Below, in pieces: positions 18,510 through 27,578 of a stretch of DNA of 64,000 bases. The notes under the pieces are model-generated. The model searched no databases, was not told the DNA's origin, and worked only from the letters and a program-made list of their open reading frames with translations. Source of the DNA: a bacterium. Lineage in GTDB: Bacteria > Patescibacteriota > Minisyncoccia > Phycocordibacterales > JAUSHB01. The translations under genes and the position numbers were made by a program. Every line of letters begins with the position of its first letter. Position 1 is the stretch's first letter. The stretch spans positions 11,866 to 75,865 of the forward strand of contig JAUSHB010000006.1 in NCBI GenBank assembly GCA_030648955.1, written 5' to 3'.

Positions 18510-19946
18510 ATGAACTTTATTAAAATTTTCACACGAGAGGAGTCAATCGCGGGTCTTGAAATAAGCGAGACTCATCTGAAGCTCGCGTTTCTAACCCTCG
18601 AAACTTCTCACAAAAAAGAACAGCCAACCCTACGTATCAAAGCACTCACCGAAGAACCTCTACCGGGGGGCACTATACAAGATGGCGAAGTTCTCGATAG
18701 AGAAGCATTGACAGCTTCCCTTATTAAACTCCTCAATAAATCACCGAGTGTTAAATATTTTATTGTTTCCATACCGGGGAATAAACTTTACCAAAAGATT
18801 TTTCCATTTCCCCAGACTATTTTAGAAGAGCGCCTTGTTGACGCGATGAAATTGGTGACGACATTCCAATTACCCTACGCGGAAGATACGGCCTATGTTG
18901 ATTGGGAAAAATCATCAAATAATCTGCACAATGAAGTTTTTCTTGCCACTGCCCCCAAGACTGTTGTCGAAGGATTTTTATCAGCACTTGATCGTGCGGG
19001 GGTCAAAACAGTTGCGCTCGAATCACACACAATGAGCTTGGCTCGAGTAGTAGAACATGAAGACCAACCTATTCTGGTATGTAACACCGGAAAAACAGAC
19101 ATCACATTCTCGGTGGTAAAAAATGGTATTCCACGATTTGAAAGAATCACCCCAATTTCTCTCTTGGGTGAAAAATCCATGAGTATGGAGATGGAAAAAA
19201 TTAAAAAATTTTATGAGGTTGAATGGAGGGAGGTAATTACGCGCGTAATTGAACTTCCCCATGTTTCGCTTTTTCACTCACTTGCGCTTGAGTTGAAACG
19301 TTTTGGCGGGGAGAATAATACAACAGCATGGGTAATTGCTCTTGGGGCAGCCATGCGCGGACTTCTCCCGCGAGCAGAAGATACCATCGTGAGCATGCTT
19401 CCCGTAGGTACCGAAAAAGCATATGAGTACCAGAAGGCGGTAGCATTTTCAAAATTTATCACCAACACCACAATCGGTCTTGCGCTATTCTGGACTGCAA
19501 TATTTTTCAGTTCGTGGATTCTTTTGTCGGCAATTCAACAAGATTCCAATAAAGAACTCTCGTCACTCTCATCGCTTCCCTCTTCAGCGGAAAACTTGGC
19601 TCTTGAAGATCGGGCGCACGAATTTAACGCACTCGCAAGGCGAGCAAATTCTATTATTGCCACATTTCCCGCATGGAGTATGGTTGTTGAGGATGTTAAA
19701 GCCCATAGCGTGAAGGGTATCACTATTACCAATGTTTCATTCGCCACCCCTGATTCACTTTTTTCATTAACCGGCATAGCCGCAACACGCGCCGATATTA
19801 ATATATTTAAAAAATCGATGGAAACTTCAAAGATTTTTACCGAAATGACCATTCCCCTTACAAACCTTGAACAACGAGCAAATATTTCTTTTTCAGCAAC
19901 ATTCCGCATGATCGATCCGAATGTCTTGTATCAAGGTAACAAGTAA
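18510..19946 (+). CDS. pilM: PilM-PilN fusion protein: actin-like ATPase-fold PilM domain, TM segment and PilN-like periplasmic tail
   Basis: N-terminus ...ESIAGLEISETHLKLAFLT matches the PilM start. Internal TM TTIGLALFWTAIFFSSWILLSAI at about aa 315. About 140 further residues follow. Confidence 0.8.
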   Translation: MNFIKIFTREESIAGLEISETHLKLAFLTLETSHKKEQPTLRIKALTEEPLPGGTIQDGEVLDREALTASLIKLLNKSPSVKYFIVSIPGNKLYQKIFPFPQTILEERLVDAMKLVTTFQLPYAEDTAYVDWEKSSNNLHNEVFLATAPKTVVEGFLSALDRAGVKTVALESHTMSLARVVEHEDQPILVCNTGKTDITFSVVKNGIPRFERITPISLLGEKSMSMEMEKIKKFYEVEWREVITRVIELPHVSLFHSLALELKRFGGENNTTAWVIALGAAMRGLLPRAEDTIVSMLPVGTEKAYEYQKAVAFSKFITNTTIGLALFWTAIFFSSWILLSAIQQDSNKELSSLSSLPSSAENLALEDRAHEFNALARRANSIIATFPAWSMVVEDVKAHSVKGITITNVSFATPDSLFSLTGIAATRADINIFKKSMETSKIFTEMTIPLTNLEQRANISFSATFRMIDPNVLYQGNK

Positions 19947-19959
19947 AAAAAACTTATTT

Positions 19960-20523
19960 ATGCTTACTCGACGACAACTTTTAATAACCCTGGGTAAACA
20001 TTTTTTTGTGATGATCACAGCCATCATCGTAGCATCTATTGCCATATCCATACTCAGTAGAAATATTACGTCAATCGGAGATTCCCTCATTGAAAAAAAA
20101 CGACTATCGATCATACTTTCCAAACGAGGCGAATATCTTTCGGGACTCAAGCGAGATTTTAATGTTGTGGGCGAAGCAGACAAAAGGATTATAGAAGCAT
20201 CCCCGCCTTCTGATAATATTCTCCCTTTTGTCGCCATTCTCGAAAACATAGCGGATCAGACATCAGTACAACAGTCGTTTAAATTTGGAATTCCATCGCT
20301 CACGGGTGAAAAACAAAACGGTATGGAAATCGCAACCATAGACTACTCAATTCGCGTAAACGGAAACGTACATACCCTGATTAATTATTTACAGCGGTTT
20401 GAGTCGCTCCCCTACTTTTCAACAATCTCAAGTATAACCATATCCGGAGGTGGAACACGGGGCTGGGAAGAAACTGCTCAGGCAACAATTGAAGCAAAAA
20501 TCTACACACTGTCGAATCAATAA
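19960..20523 (+). CDS. PilO-like type IV pilus inner-membrane assembly protein
   Basis: Start MLTRRQLLITLGKHFFVMITAIIVASIAISIL (single TM). About 150-aa periplasmic domain. Position after pilM/N. Confidence 0.55.
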   Translation: MLTRRQLLITLGKHFFVMITAIIVASIAISILSRNITSIGDSLIEKKRLSIILSKRGEYLSGLKRDFNVVGEADKRIIEASPPSDNILPFVAILENIADQTSVQQSFKFGIPSLTGEKQNGMEIATIDYSIRVNGNVHTLINYLQRFESLPYFSTISSITISGGGTRGWEETAQATIEAKIYTLSNQ

Positions 20524-20551
20524 ATACAATCTCTTACTTTATTAAAATACC

Positions 20552-21181
20552 ATGAAAGAGCGATATAAAATTAAATTAAAGGAGATCATAAAAGGAATCA
20601 CGTGGAAAAAAGTCTTCTACCCGACGCTTGTTAGTATTTTTGCACTTATTATTATTGTATTGTTCATATTTTCCGTACGCTTTATCTCTAAAAGTATCAA
20701 TCGAGTATTTATAAATGAGGAAAGTATTGAGGGTCAATTGCCACGTCTTGAACTTGATAGTTATTTACCTGTCGCAAAAAAATTAGGCATCCCGGTAAAC
20801 ACATTTGAACCATCACAGGAGCTCGGTGATGAATTTGTGGCAGAATCACAAATTCATACGCCCTCGAACTCATCCGCTACCAGTTCGCAGTATACTATCG
20901 ACAACATACAATCGCTTAAAATTGCCATATACAATAGCACTGATGTTCCTGGTCTAGCTCAAAATCTTAAGAATATTCTCAAAGAAAAAGGTTTTGAGGT
21001 GACCGAGACTGGCAATACGGAAAAGACGGGCGACCATACGCTGATTAAAATAAAAGAAAGTAAAAAGGACTCATTGGCGGAAGTAAAAACGATTGTTGGC
21101 GAACACTACAATATCGGTGAATCCCCTTTTCTTTCTGAAGATAGCGAATTTGACGTAATTATCATAATAGGAGATAAATAG
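20552..21181 (+). CDS. Membrane protein with a C-terminal LytR_C-like domain
   Basis: N-terminal TM. C-terminal block LKIAIYNSTDVPGLAQNLKNILKEKGFEV...DVIIIIGDK is typical of the LytR C-terminal domain. Confidence 0.5.
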   Translation: MKERYKIKLKEIIKGITWKKVFYPTLVSIFALIIIVLFIFSVRFISKSINRVFINEESIEGQLPRLELDSYLPVAKKLGIPVNTFEPSQELGDEFVAESQIHTPSNSSATSSQYTIDNIQSLKIAIYNSTDVPGLAQNLKNILKEKGFEVTETGNTEKTGDHTLIKIKESKKDSLAEVKTIVGEHYNIGESPFLSEDSEFDVIIIIGDK

Positions 21182-21243
21182 ATTTGTGGGATACTCCATC
21201 GTGAGCATATCAAAAAAATCACATACTACTGCTATAAAAAAGA

Positions 21244-21873
21244 TTGGGTATGAATAATAAGATTGAAAAATATTTTGGGTCAAAAACAATATTTTTCAAT
21301 AGAGGATTTACTCTCATTGAGCTCCTGGTTGTCATTGCGATTATCGGCATTTTGGCGTCGGTAGTTCTTGCGTCGCTTAATACCGCGAGAGACAAAGCAA
21401 AGACATCAAAAGTTAAGGCTGATCTTAGGTCATTGCGCACCGCTATCGCCCTTCTTGAAGATGACACGGGAAAATGGCCAAATGGATGCCCACCGGCAAC
21501 AGTAGCTAACCCAGAGGTTGCGCTTGATAATGCGCTAGCGGGAATTAAAGTAACGTCAACAGTTGGTTGCACTGAAGATAGCAATAACAGCAATAACCCC
21601 ACATGTGACGCCCCTATTGTGTGCCAGTGGACAGCACAAGATATCACGAATTGGAAAGGACCGTACATGCAAACACCTGTTGACCCATGGGGAAATTCTT
21701 ATATTTTTGATCCTGACTATCACCAATATGCCGATTGTGGGACTGAACCAGCCTCAAATAAATATCCTACCATTCCAGAATTTGTTACCGTTTTTTCTTC
21801 TGGACCAGATGAATTGGGGAATGGGACAACGGGAACATACGGCTGTGATGACATATTCCTCAAAATACAATAA
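21244..21873 (+). CDS. Type IV pilin / GspG-like pseudopilin
   Basis: ...NRG|FTLIELLVVIAIIGILASVVLASLN prepilin signal. GspG-type motif DPWGNSYIF. Cys pairs in the head domain. Confidence 0.8.
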   Translation: MGMNNKIEKYFGSKTIFFNRGFTLIELLVVIAIIGILASVVLASLNTARDKAKTSKVKADLRSLRTAIALLEDDTGKWPNGCPPATVANPEVALDNALAGIKVTSTVGCTEDSNNSNNPTCDAPIVCQWTAQDITNWKGPYMQTPVDPWGNSYIFDPDYHQYADCGTEPASNKYPTIPEFVTVFSSGPDELGNGTTGTYGCDDIFLKIQ

Positions 21874-21878
21874 AAAGA

Positions 21879-21909
21879 CCACAATCCAAAGCCTCGCTTT
21901 GGATTGTGG
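21879..21909. terminator. Intrinsic terminator hairpin, 13-bp stem, between the pilin (+) and znuB (-) genes
   Basis: ccacaatccaaag-cctcg-ctttggattgtgg followed by a T-rich stretch. Confidence 0.6.
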
Positions 21910-21965
21910 TGTATTTGTGTATTGAGGGATAAAACCCACAAATCTAGCTATAGGTTCTCTGCTAC

Positions 21966-22769
21966 TTAAGATTGCGTTCGATTAAGCGCCAAACTCAAGA
22001 TGAAAATGAGAAGCGCAACAACGACGATTGCTCCCCCGCTTGCGATATTCCAATAAAACGACAAGAAGAGTCCCGAAATAACAGATATCACCGAAAATAT
22101 CACCGAGAGAACCATGGTGTCGCGGAAACCTCTGCTAAACTGCATCGCTGATATTACCGGAATTACCATAAGCGCACCAATCAGGAGTACACCAACAACC
22201 CTGATCGAAAGCGAGACAGTCACCCCGGCAAGTGCGGTTAAAATAAGCGCGAGTGTTTTTGTGCGCACGCCACTTGCACGCGCAAGGTCGATATCAAAAG
22301 AGAGAAAGAAAAATTCTTTATAGAGAAATTTTACAACCAGTATCAATAATACCGCGAGACCGAGTGTGAGGTACAAATCTAGAGGAGAAACAACGGAAAT
22401 GCTGCCAAAAAGATAACTGAAAAGGTTCATGTTAAACCCCTTCGCAAGGCTCAACAGAATAACAGCGATTGCGAGACTTCCGGAAAGAAATAATGCGAGA
22501 ACTGATTCACCAAGTATTTTTTTTGTTGTTCGAAGACGCTCAATACCAATCGAAGCGATGATAGAAGCTATAATGGCGGTAATAACAGGATTAAGCCCCA
22601 GAAGAAGCCCTATGGCGACACCTGCGAGCGAGACATGCGCCAATGTATCTGCCAAGAGCGAGTACCGCCTGACCACGAGAAACATGCCAATAACCGGAGC
22701 GACAACGGCAATGGCAAGCCCCGCCGCGAATGCTCGTATCATAAAATCAAATTGAAAAATTTCTAACAT
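21966..22769 (-). CDS. znuB: Metal (Zn/Mn) ABC transporter permease, ABC-3 family
   Basis: 8-TM ABC-3 permease. N-terminus MLEIFQFDFMIRAFAAGLAIAVVAPVIGMFLVVRRYSLLADTLAHVSLAG. Confidence 0.85.
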   Translation of the reverse strand: MLEIFQFDFMIRAFAAGLAIAVVAPVIGMFLVVRRYSLLADTLAHVSLAGVAIGLLLGLNPVITAIIASIIASIGIERLRTTKKILGESVLALFLSGSLAIAVILLSLAKGFNMNLFSYLFGSISVVSPLDLYLTLGLAVLLILVVKFLYKEFFFLSFDIDLARASGVRTKTLALILTALAGVTVSLSIRVVGVLLIGALMVIPVISAMQFSRGFRDTMVLSVIFSVISVISGLFLSFYWNIASGGAIVVVALLIFILSLALNRTQS

Positions 22770-22792
22770 GGAATTTCTTATGAACCAATTGT

Positions 22793-23551
22793 CTAATGAC
22801 TATGAATTACAAGGTTGATTTTATCTCCATAAAGCTTTTTAATAACTTCTTCGTCATGAAGTTGAGACGAGGGTCCCTCACACACCAAATTCTTATTCAG
22901 ACAAATGACAGAACGCGCTTCAGTGGAAACAACATCAACGTCGTGTGATACAAAAATAATAGTTAGATGATGTTCACGATTGAGTCTACCCAAGAATTCA
23001 TAGAATCTCTTCTGCGATCCCACATCAACTCCTGTCGTAGGTTCATCGAGTACCAAAATCTTTGGGTCGCCCGCAAGCGCGCGTGCTATAAAAACCTTTT
23101 GCATTTCCCCGCCTGAAAGCTGACCAATGAGGCGATCTTTTAAACCCAATACGCCACTCATATCCATCGCATGTCCTACCGCATCACGATCTTTTTCGGT
23201 GAGTCGTTTAAAAAGTCCACGTTTTGCAATACGCCCTGTCTCAACAATTTCTTCCACGGTTGCGGGAAAGCGATGTTCAGATTCTCCAACACGCTGGGGT
23301 ACATATCCGATAATTGAACGGTCTTTGAGATTATGTATGTCCTGTCCCATAATGCGCACCACGCCACGCGCAGGCTCAATGAGTCCCAATAGTATCTTGA
23401 GAAGTGTTGTCTTTCCCCCGCCATTGGGTCCAATGATCCCGATATAATCTCCTTTGCGCACCGTAAAACTCACCGCCTCAAGAACCGGTATTTTATTATA
23501 AGAAAAATCTACATCTTCAAGTTGTATATAAGGAATTTCGTTTACATGCAT
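22793..23551 (-). CDS. znuC: Metal ABC transporter ATP-binding protein
   Basis: Walker A GPNGGGKTT. Signature LSGGEMQKV. Walker B ILVLDEP. Confidence 0.85.
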   Translation of the reverse strand: MHVNEIPYIQLEDVDFSYNKIPVLEAVSFTVRKGDYIGIIGPNGGGKTTLLKILLGLIEPARGVVRIMGQDIHNLKDRSIIGYVPQRVGESEHRFPATVEEIVETGRIAKRGLFKRLTEKDRDAVGHAMDMSGVLGLKDRLIGQLSGGEMQKVFIARALAGDPKILVLDEPTTGVDVGSQKRFYEFLGRLNREHHLTIIFVSHDVDVVSTEARSVICLNKNLVCEGPSSQLHDEEVIKKLYGDKINLVIHSH

Positions 23552-24465
23552 ACAAGTGCTTTTCTTAAATTATTCAAATTTGTTTTCATAACTGATATAT
23601 AATCTTCGCCAACCTTTAGTTCCTCTTCTGTAAGAGTTTCTATCGGATTCAACACGAGTGTTTTAATTCCTACTTCCCGCGCAATCGTTTCTGCAAGCTT
23701 TGGACTTGCGGATGTTTCGAAGAAAATAAAACGAATATCTTTTTCTTTTGCTAATTGAGTTAGTTCGCCAATTTTTTTTGTAGAAGGTTCGTCTTCCGGA
23801 GAAATTCCGGCGATAGGGATGGTGTTTATAGTATACCGAATGCCGAGATATTCAAAGGCATTATGGGAAACAATAATATCATGATTAGCGCAGGTACCGA
23901 GACCCTCCTCAAAATCATGGTGCAATAAAGCAATTCTATTGATATATGCTTCCGCGTTTTTTTTAAACAGAGTCTGTTGTGATGGAACCAACGTTATTAA
24001 AGCATCGCGGATAATTCTTACCTCTTCGATAGCCAAAACGGGGTCAAGCCAATAGTGGGGATTGGAAAAATTTTGTGGATCTGATGTTTCTCCTGGGTGA
24101 TTGAGAACGAGGTTCAATTGTTCGCTCATATTAAGAGCGTGCGCGTTACTTGAATTGATTAATTGATTCGCCCACGGATCAAATCCGGCGCCGTTGTATA
24201 TAAAAAGCGTTGCATGTCCAACGGCAACGAGGTCGTTTGGTGTCGGTTCGTAATCATGAGGTTCGATACCTGGTGGCGTGATAACACGCACTGAAACAAT
24301 ATCTCCACCGATATTCTCAATAAAATTTCCCAGCACATAAAAACTGGTGACCACGGAAATTTTTTCTCCTGAACCTGAAGACGTGTCGCTCTTGGGTGCA
24401 TAAAAACTCGCCACAATGGTAATTGAAGTAATCATGACGGTGATTATAATAACGCGTTTTAGCAT
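23542..24465 (-). CDS. znuA: Metal ABC transporter substrate-binding protein (ZnuA/TroA family), N-terminally anchored
   Basis: Cluster-9 SBP sequence features (…HDYEPTPNDL…DPHYWLDP…). Overlaps znuC. Confidence 0.8.
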   Translation of the reverse strand: MLKRVIIITVMITSITIVASFYAPKSDTSSGSGEKISVVTSFYVLGNFIENIGGDIVSVRVITPPGIEPHDYEPTPNDLVAVGHATLFIYNGAGFDPWANQLINSSNAHALNMSEQLNLVLNHPGETSDPQNFSNPHYWLDPVLAIEEVRIIRDALITLVPSQQTLFKKNAEAYINRIALLHHDFEEGLGTCANHDIIVSHNAFEYLGIRYTINTIPIAGISPEDEPSTKKIGELTQLAKEKDIRFIFFETSASPKLAETIAREVGIKTLVLNPIETLTEEELKVGEDYISVMKTNLNNLRKALVCM

Positions 24466-24474
24466 ATATTGATT

Positions 24475-25098
24475 TTACGGGAGAAGAGAAGAAGAAAGAT
24501 TGCGTAATAATTTTTCCTTACCTTCTCCATTTTTTGCGGAATAAAAAAACACTTCCTCTCCCCCTGCTTGTTCACGAACCACTCGTTCTTGTTTTATACG
24601 CACACCACTTTTCACGCCATCAATCTTATTTGCTAATACAAGAATCGGATGACCACACTCTTTGAGGATGGTGAACATTTCTTGGTCGAGCTGTGTAAAG
24701 CCAACTCGTGCGTCGATAATCAACACGATTTTTTGTGGAGTCACACCTGAATACGTAAGATACCAAATAATAAGTTTGCGTAATTTTTCACGTCGCTTGG
24801 CGGGAATTTTTGCGAATCCATAACCCGGAAGATCGACGAAGTAAAACTTCTTATTCACGAGGAAAAAATTTATTTCTTGAGTTTTTCCAGGTTCCGCACT
24901 TGATCTCACTAAATTTTTCCTTCCTGTCAAGGAATTAATAACGCTTGATTTTCCAACGTTTGATCGCCCTACAAACACAATCTGTTTATGAAGATCTTCC
25001 AGAATAGGATCTGTTCCAACAATTCCCTTGATAAATTCTGCGGTTTTAATAGTCATGGTCAATAACATAAGATTACCCCAAGAGAACCTAAACTGCAA
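24475..25098 (-). CDS. engB: Ribosome-biogenesis GTPase EngB/YihA
   Basis: G1 GRSNVGKSS. G3 DLPGYG. NKID G4 box. Confidence 0.85.
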   Translation of the reverse strand: MQFRFSWGNLMLLTMTIKTAEFIKGIVGTDPILEDLHKQIVFVGRSNVGKSSVINSLTGRKNLVRSSAEPGKTQEINFFLVNKKFYFVDLPGYGFAKIPAKRREKLRKLIIWYLTYSGVTPQKIVLIIDARVGFTQLDQEMFTILKECGHPILVLANKIDGVKSGVRIKQERVVREQAGGEEVFFYSAKNGEGKEKLLRNLSSSLLP

Positions 25099-25217
25099 TG
25101 ACGCCGGTAAATTTATTTGCAGAGATTTTCCACTGTGCTATCATGACAAGTACGCGACAGTAGACATTAAAAGCATGCCGTAATAAATTAAATACGGCTA
25201 ACCTAAAGCATAAAAAC

Positions 25218-25940
25218 ATGGAGCAGGAAAATAAGCAAGAAATCAAAAGCACTATGACCGTCCCTGTGGCAATCATTATCGCGGGAGCGATCATCGCAGG
25301 AGCGATTTTTTATACAAGCGGAAAATCCGGAACCATTCCCAAGCCGGTAGCAGAAGATGGTAAAAAAGAAGAGGTGGTTAAAATTCCCCCCGTTACTGCC
25401 AAAGACCACATACTCGGTAATCCCGATGCTCCAGTTGTACTCGTTGAATACTCAGACACGGAATGCCCGTACTGCAAGACATTTCACCCCACGGTAAAAC
25501 AGATTATGGATCAGTATGGCAAAGACGGAAAAGTTGCATTAGTATATCGTCACTTCCCGCTTGATTCTATACACCCTAAGGCGCGAAAAGAAGCCGAGGG
25601 CGCAGAATGCGCAAACAACCTTGGTGGAAATGATAAATTCTGGGCATATATGGACAGAATTTTTGAAATTACGCCATCAAATAACCAACTTGATCCGGCA
25701 AAAATCCTAGAGATTGCAAAGTATATCGGATTAGATGGCGCAAAATTTGAGACATGTCTCAATTCGGGTAAATATGCTGCGCATATTGAGGAAGATTTTC
25801 AGGGAGGGCTTAAGGCGGGTGTAACGGGAACTCCTTCTACGTTCGCAATCATCAAGAAAACAGGTGAACAAGTGGTTATCCCGGGAGCACAACCACTTGC
25901 TTCGGTGAAGTCTTTTATCGATAGCGCACTAGCAAAATAG
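25218..25940 (+). CDS. Membrane-anchored DsbA-family thiol:disulfide oxidoreductase
   Basis: N-terminal TM. Thioredoxin-fold CPYC active site (DTECPYCKTFHP). Confidence 0.75.
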   Translation: MEQENKQEIKSTMTVPVAIIIAGAIIAGAIFYTSGKSGTIPKPVAEDGKKEEVVKIPPVTAKDHILGNPDAPVVLVEYSDTECPYCKTFHPTVKQIMDQYGKDGKVALVYRHFPLDSIHPKARKEAEGAECANNLGGNDKFWAYMDRIFEITPSNNQLDPAKILEIAKYIGLDGAKFETCLNSGKYAAHIEEDFQGGLKAGVTGTPSTFAIIKKTGEQVVIPGAQPLASVKSFIDSALAK

Positions 25941-25970
25941 TATTATACTCTGTTCTTTTATTCTTTTATA

Positions 25971-25995
25971 AAAACTCCCCGCCTAGGGGAGTTTT
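25971..25995. terminator. Bidirectional intrinsic terminator
   Basis: aaaactcccc-gccta-ggggagtttt flanked by A/T runs. Lies between dsbA-like (+) and the sufT-like gene (-). Confidence 0.65.
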
Positions 25996-26306
25996 TATAA
26001 TCCGAGCAACGTACGCAATTCCTCCGCAGGCTCCCACGGAGGTTCGAAAGTAAAATCCACTTTAACATTCTCCACATCTTTTTCTTTCATAAGTTCACCA
26101 ACATTTTTTTTAACATCACGAAAAATATCATCTGCGAATGGGCAAAACGGCGTGGTTAAGGTCATTAATATCTTAATCTCCTTATCATCAATCATAATCT
26201 TATACACCAATCCAAGAGTCCAAATATCGATTCCCAATTCAGGATCTTTGACCTGTTTTAATTTCTCGATTATTGCTTTTTCGGTAATTGTATTAGGTGT
26301 ATGCAT
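25995..26306 (-). CDS. MIP18/DUF59-family Fe-S cluster assembly protein (SufT-like)
   Basis: 103 aa. Conserved ...DPELGIDIWTLGLVY...TTPFCP... DUF59 core. Last gene of the suf operon. Confidence 0.7.
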   Translation of the reverse strand: MHTPNTITEKAIIEKLKQVKDPELGIDIWTLGLVYKIMIDDKEIKILMTLTTPFCPFADDIFRDVKKNVGELMKEKDVENVKVDFTFEPPWEPAEELRTLLGL

Positions 26307-26386
26307 ATTTTTCTAAAAGATTCGAACTCTTAACTTATAACTTTTAAGTATTGCCCTCCTAAGGCTACTAACTACAAGCTATTGCA

Positions 26387-27148
26387 TTACATATTAAATC
26401 CTTTTTCTTCAATTTCCTCCATGAGCTCATACCCTCCTGTCTTTTTTATTCTCCCCTCTTTCATTATATACACCGCATCAGGCTTAATATAATCCAAGAT
26501 TTTAGTAGCATGCGTTACTAAAAGAAAACCAGTACCCTTTTTTGTAAGTCTCACGATTGCAGAAAATACTTTTTTTAAAGAATCCACATCGACTCCGGAA
26601 TCTATTTCGTCCAAAAAAGCAAACTCTGGTTCAAGTAAAGCCATCTGTAAAACTTCCGAAAGTTTTTTCTCTCCTCCGGAAAAACCTACATGTAATTCAC
26701 GCTTAAGGAGCGCATCAGGAATTTCGAGAAGAGATGCGGTCGCCATAATCGTCTTGTAGAATTCGAGTACCGAAATATTTTTCCCCGTAATCTCTTGGTG
26801 CGACGTATGAATAAATTTTAAAAGAGTTACTCCAGATACTTCCGGAAGATATTGCATAGAAAAAAACATCTTCAGTTTTGCCTTTTTTTCAGTAGTAATC
26901 TTCGTTATATTTCTGCCGTTAAGAGTGATTGTCCCTTCCGTAATCTTATATTTTGGATGTCCAAAAATACCCTTAAGGAGACTGGATTTACCTGACCCAT
27001 TAGGACCCATAAGCATGGAAATCTTTCCCGGTTTCATTTCTAAAGAGACATTGCTTACAACAACTTTTTCTTGAGTTTCCACGGACAAATTCCTTACGTT
27101 CAATATTTTCTGTTCAACCATAATTCGTAATCCAATTTCCAAGGACAA
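26387..27148 (-). CDS. sufC: Fe-S cluster assembly ATPase SufC
   Basis: Walker A GPNGSGKSS. ABC signature FSGGEKK. Walker B FLDEIDSGVD. Confidence 0.9.
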   Translation of the reverse strand: MSLEIGLRIMVEQKILNVRNLSVETQEKVVVSNVSLEMKPGKISMLMGPNGSGKSSLLKGIFGHPKYKITEGTITLNGRNITKITTEKKAKLKMFFSMQYLPEVSGVTLLKFIHTSHQEITGKNISVLEFYKTIMATASLLEIPDALLKRELHVGFSGGEKKLSEVLQMALLEPEFAFLDEIDSGVDVDSLKKVFSAIVRLTKKGTGFLLVTHATKILDYIKPDAVYIMKEGRIKKTGGYELMEEIEEKGFNM

Positions 27149-27174
27149 TTTTAAATGGCACCACTTGGAAATTA

Positions 27175-27558
27175 TTACTGATTGCTATCAAGTTTTTTTA
27201 GTCCATTACTTAATGCCTCATATGAAAGAAGCGCGCAATTAACACGGGCGGGGCTTATGCGAACCGCAAGCATGCTGTAGATATCGCCAGGAGATAATAG
27301 CTTCACATCACGGAGTTCCATTCCACGGAGTTTATCGGTAAGCATGGAGCCTGCGGCCTGACTCACAACACACCCTTCACCAAGGAATGATACTTCAATG
27401 AGTCTATGTTCTCCACTCAAATTGATATAAATCGCGACATCATCTCCACATATTGGGTTTGAAGCACTACCTTGTATATTTGCATAAGGAAGCTCCCTTT
27501 TATTGTGTGGGTTACGATAATGTTCCAAAATATGCTCTTTGTATAGTTCTTCGTCCAT
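27175..27558 (-). CDS. sufU: SufU/IscU-like Fe-S scaffold (NifU N-terminal family)
   Basis: Conserved Cys in GDDVAIYI, ...GEGCVVSQAAGSMLTDKL..., RVNCALL. Confidence 0.8.
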   Translation of the reverse strand: MDEELYKEHILEHYRNPHNKRELPYANIQGSASNPICGDDVAIYINLSGEHRLIEVSFLGEGCVVSQAAGSMLTDKLRGMELRDVKLLSPGDIYSMLAVRISPARVNCALLSYEALSNGLKKLDSNQ

Positions 27559-27578
27559 TGTTGTTCAGAAGTAATTTG

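Noticed and set aside
26307-26386. T-arm-like motif (agagttcgaatct on the minus strand) suggesting a tRNA between sufT-like and sufC
   Set aside because: No complementary acceptor stem, no D-arm or anticodon arm could be drawn, and no CCA. Treated as chance similarity in an intergenic spacer.
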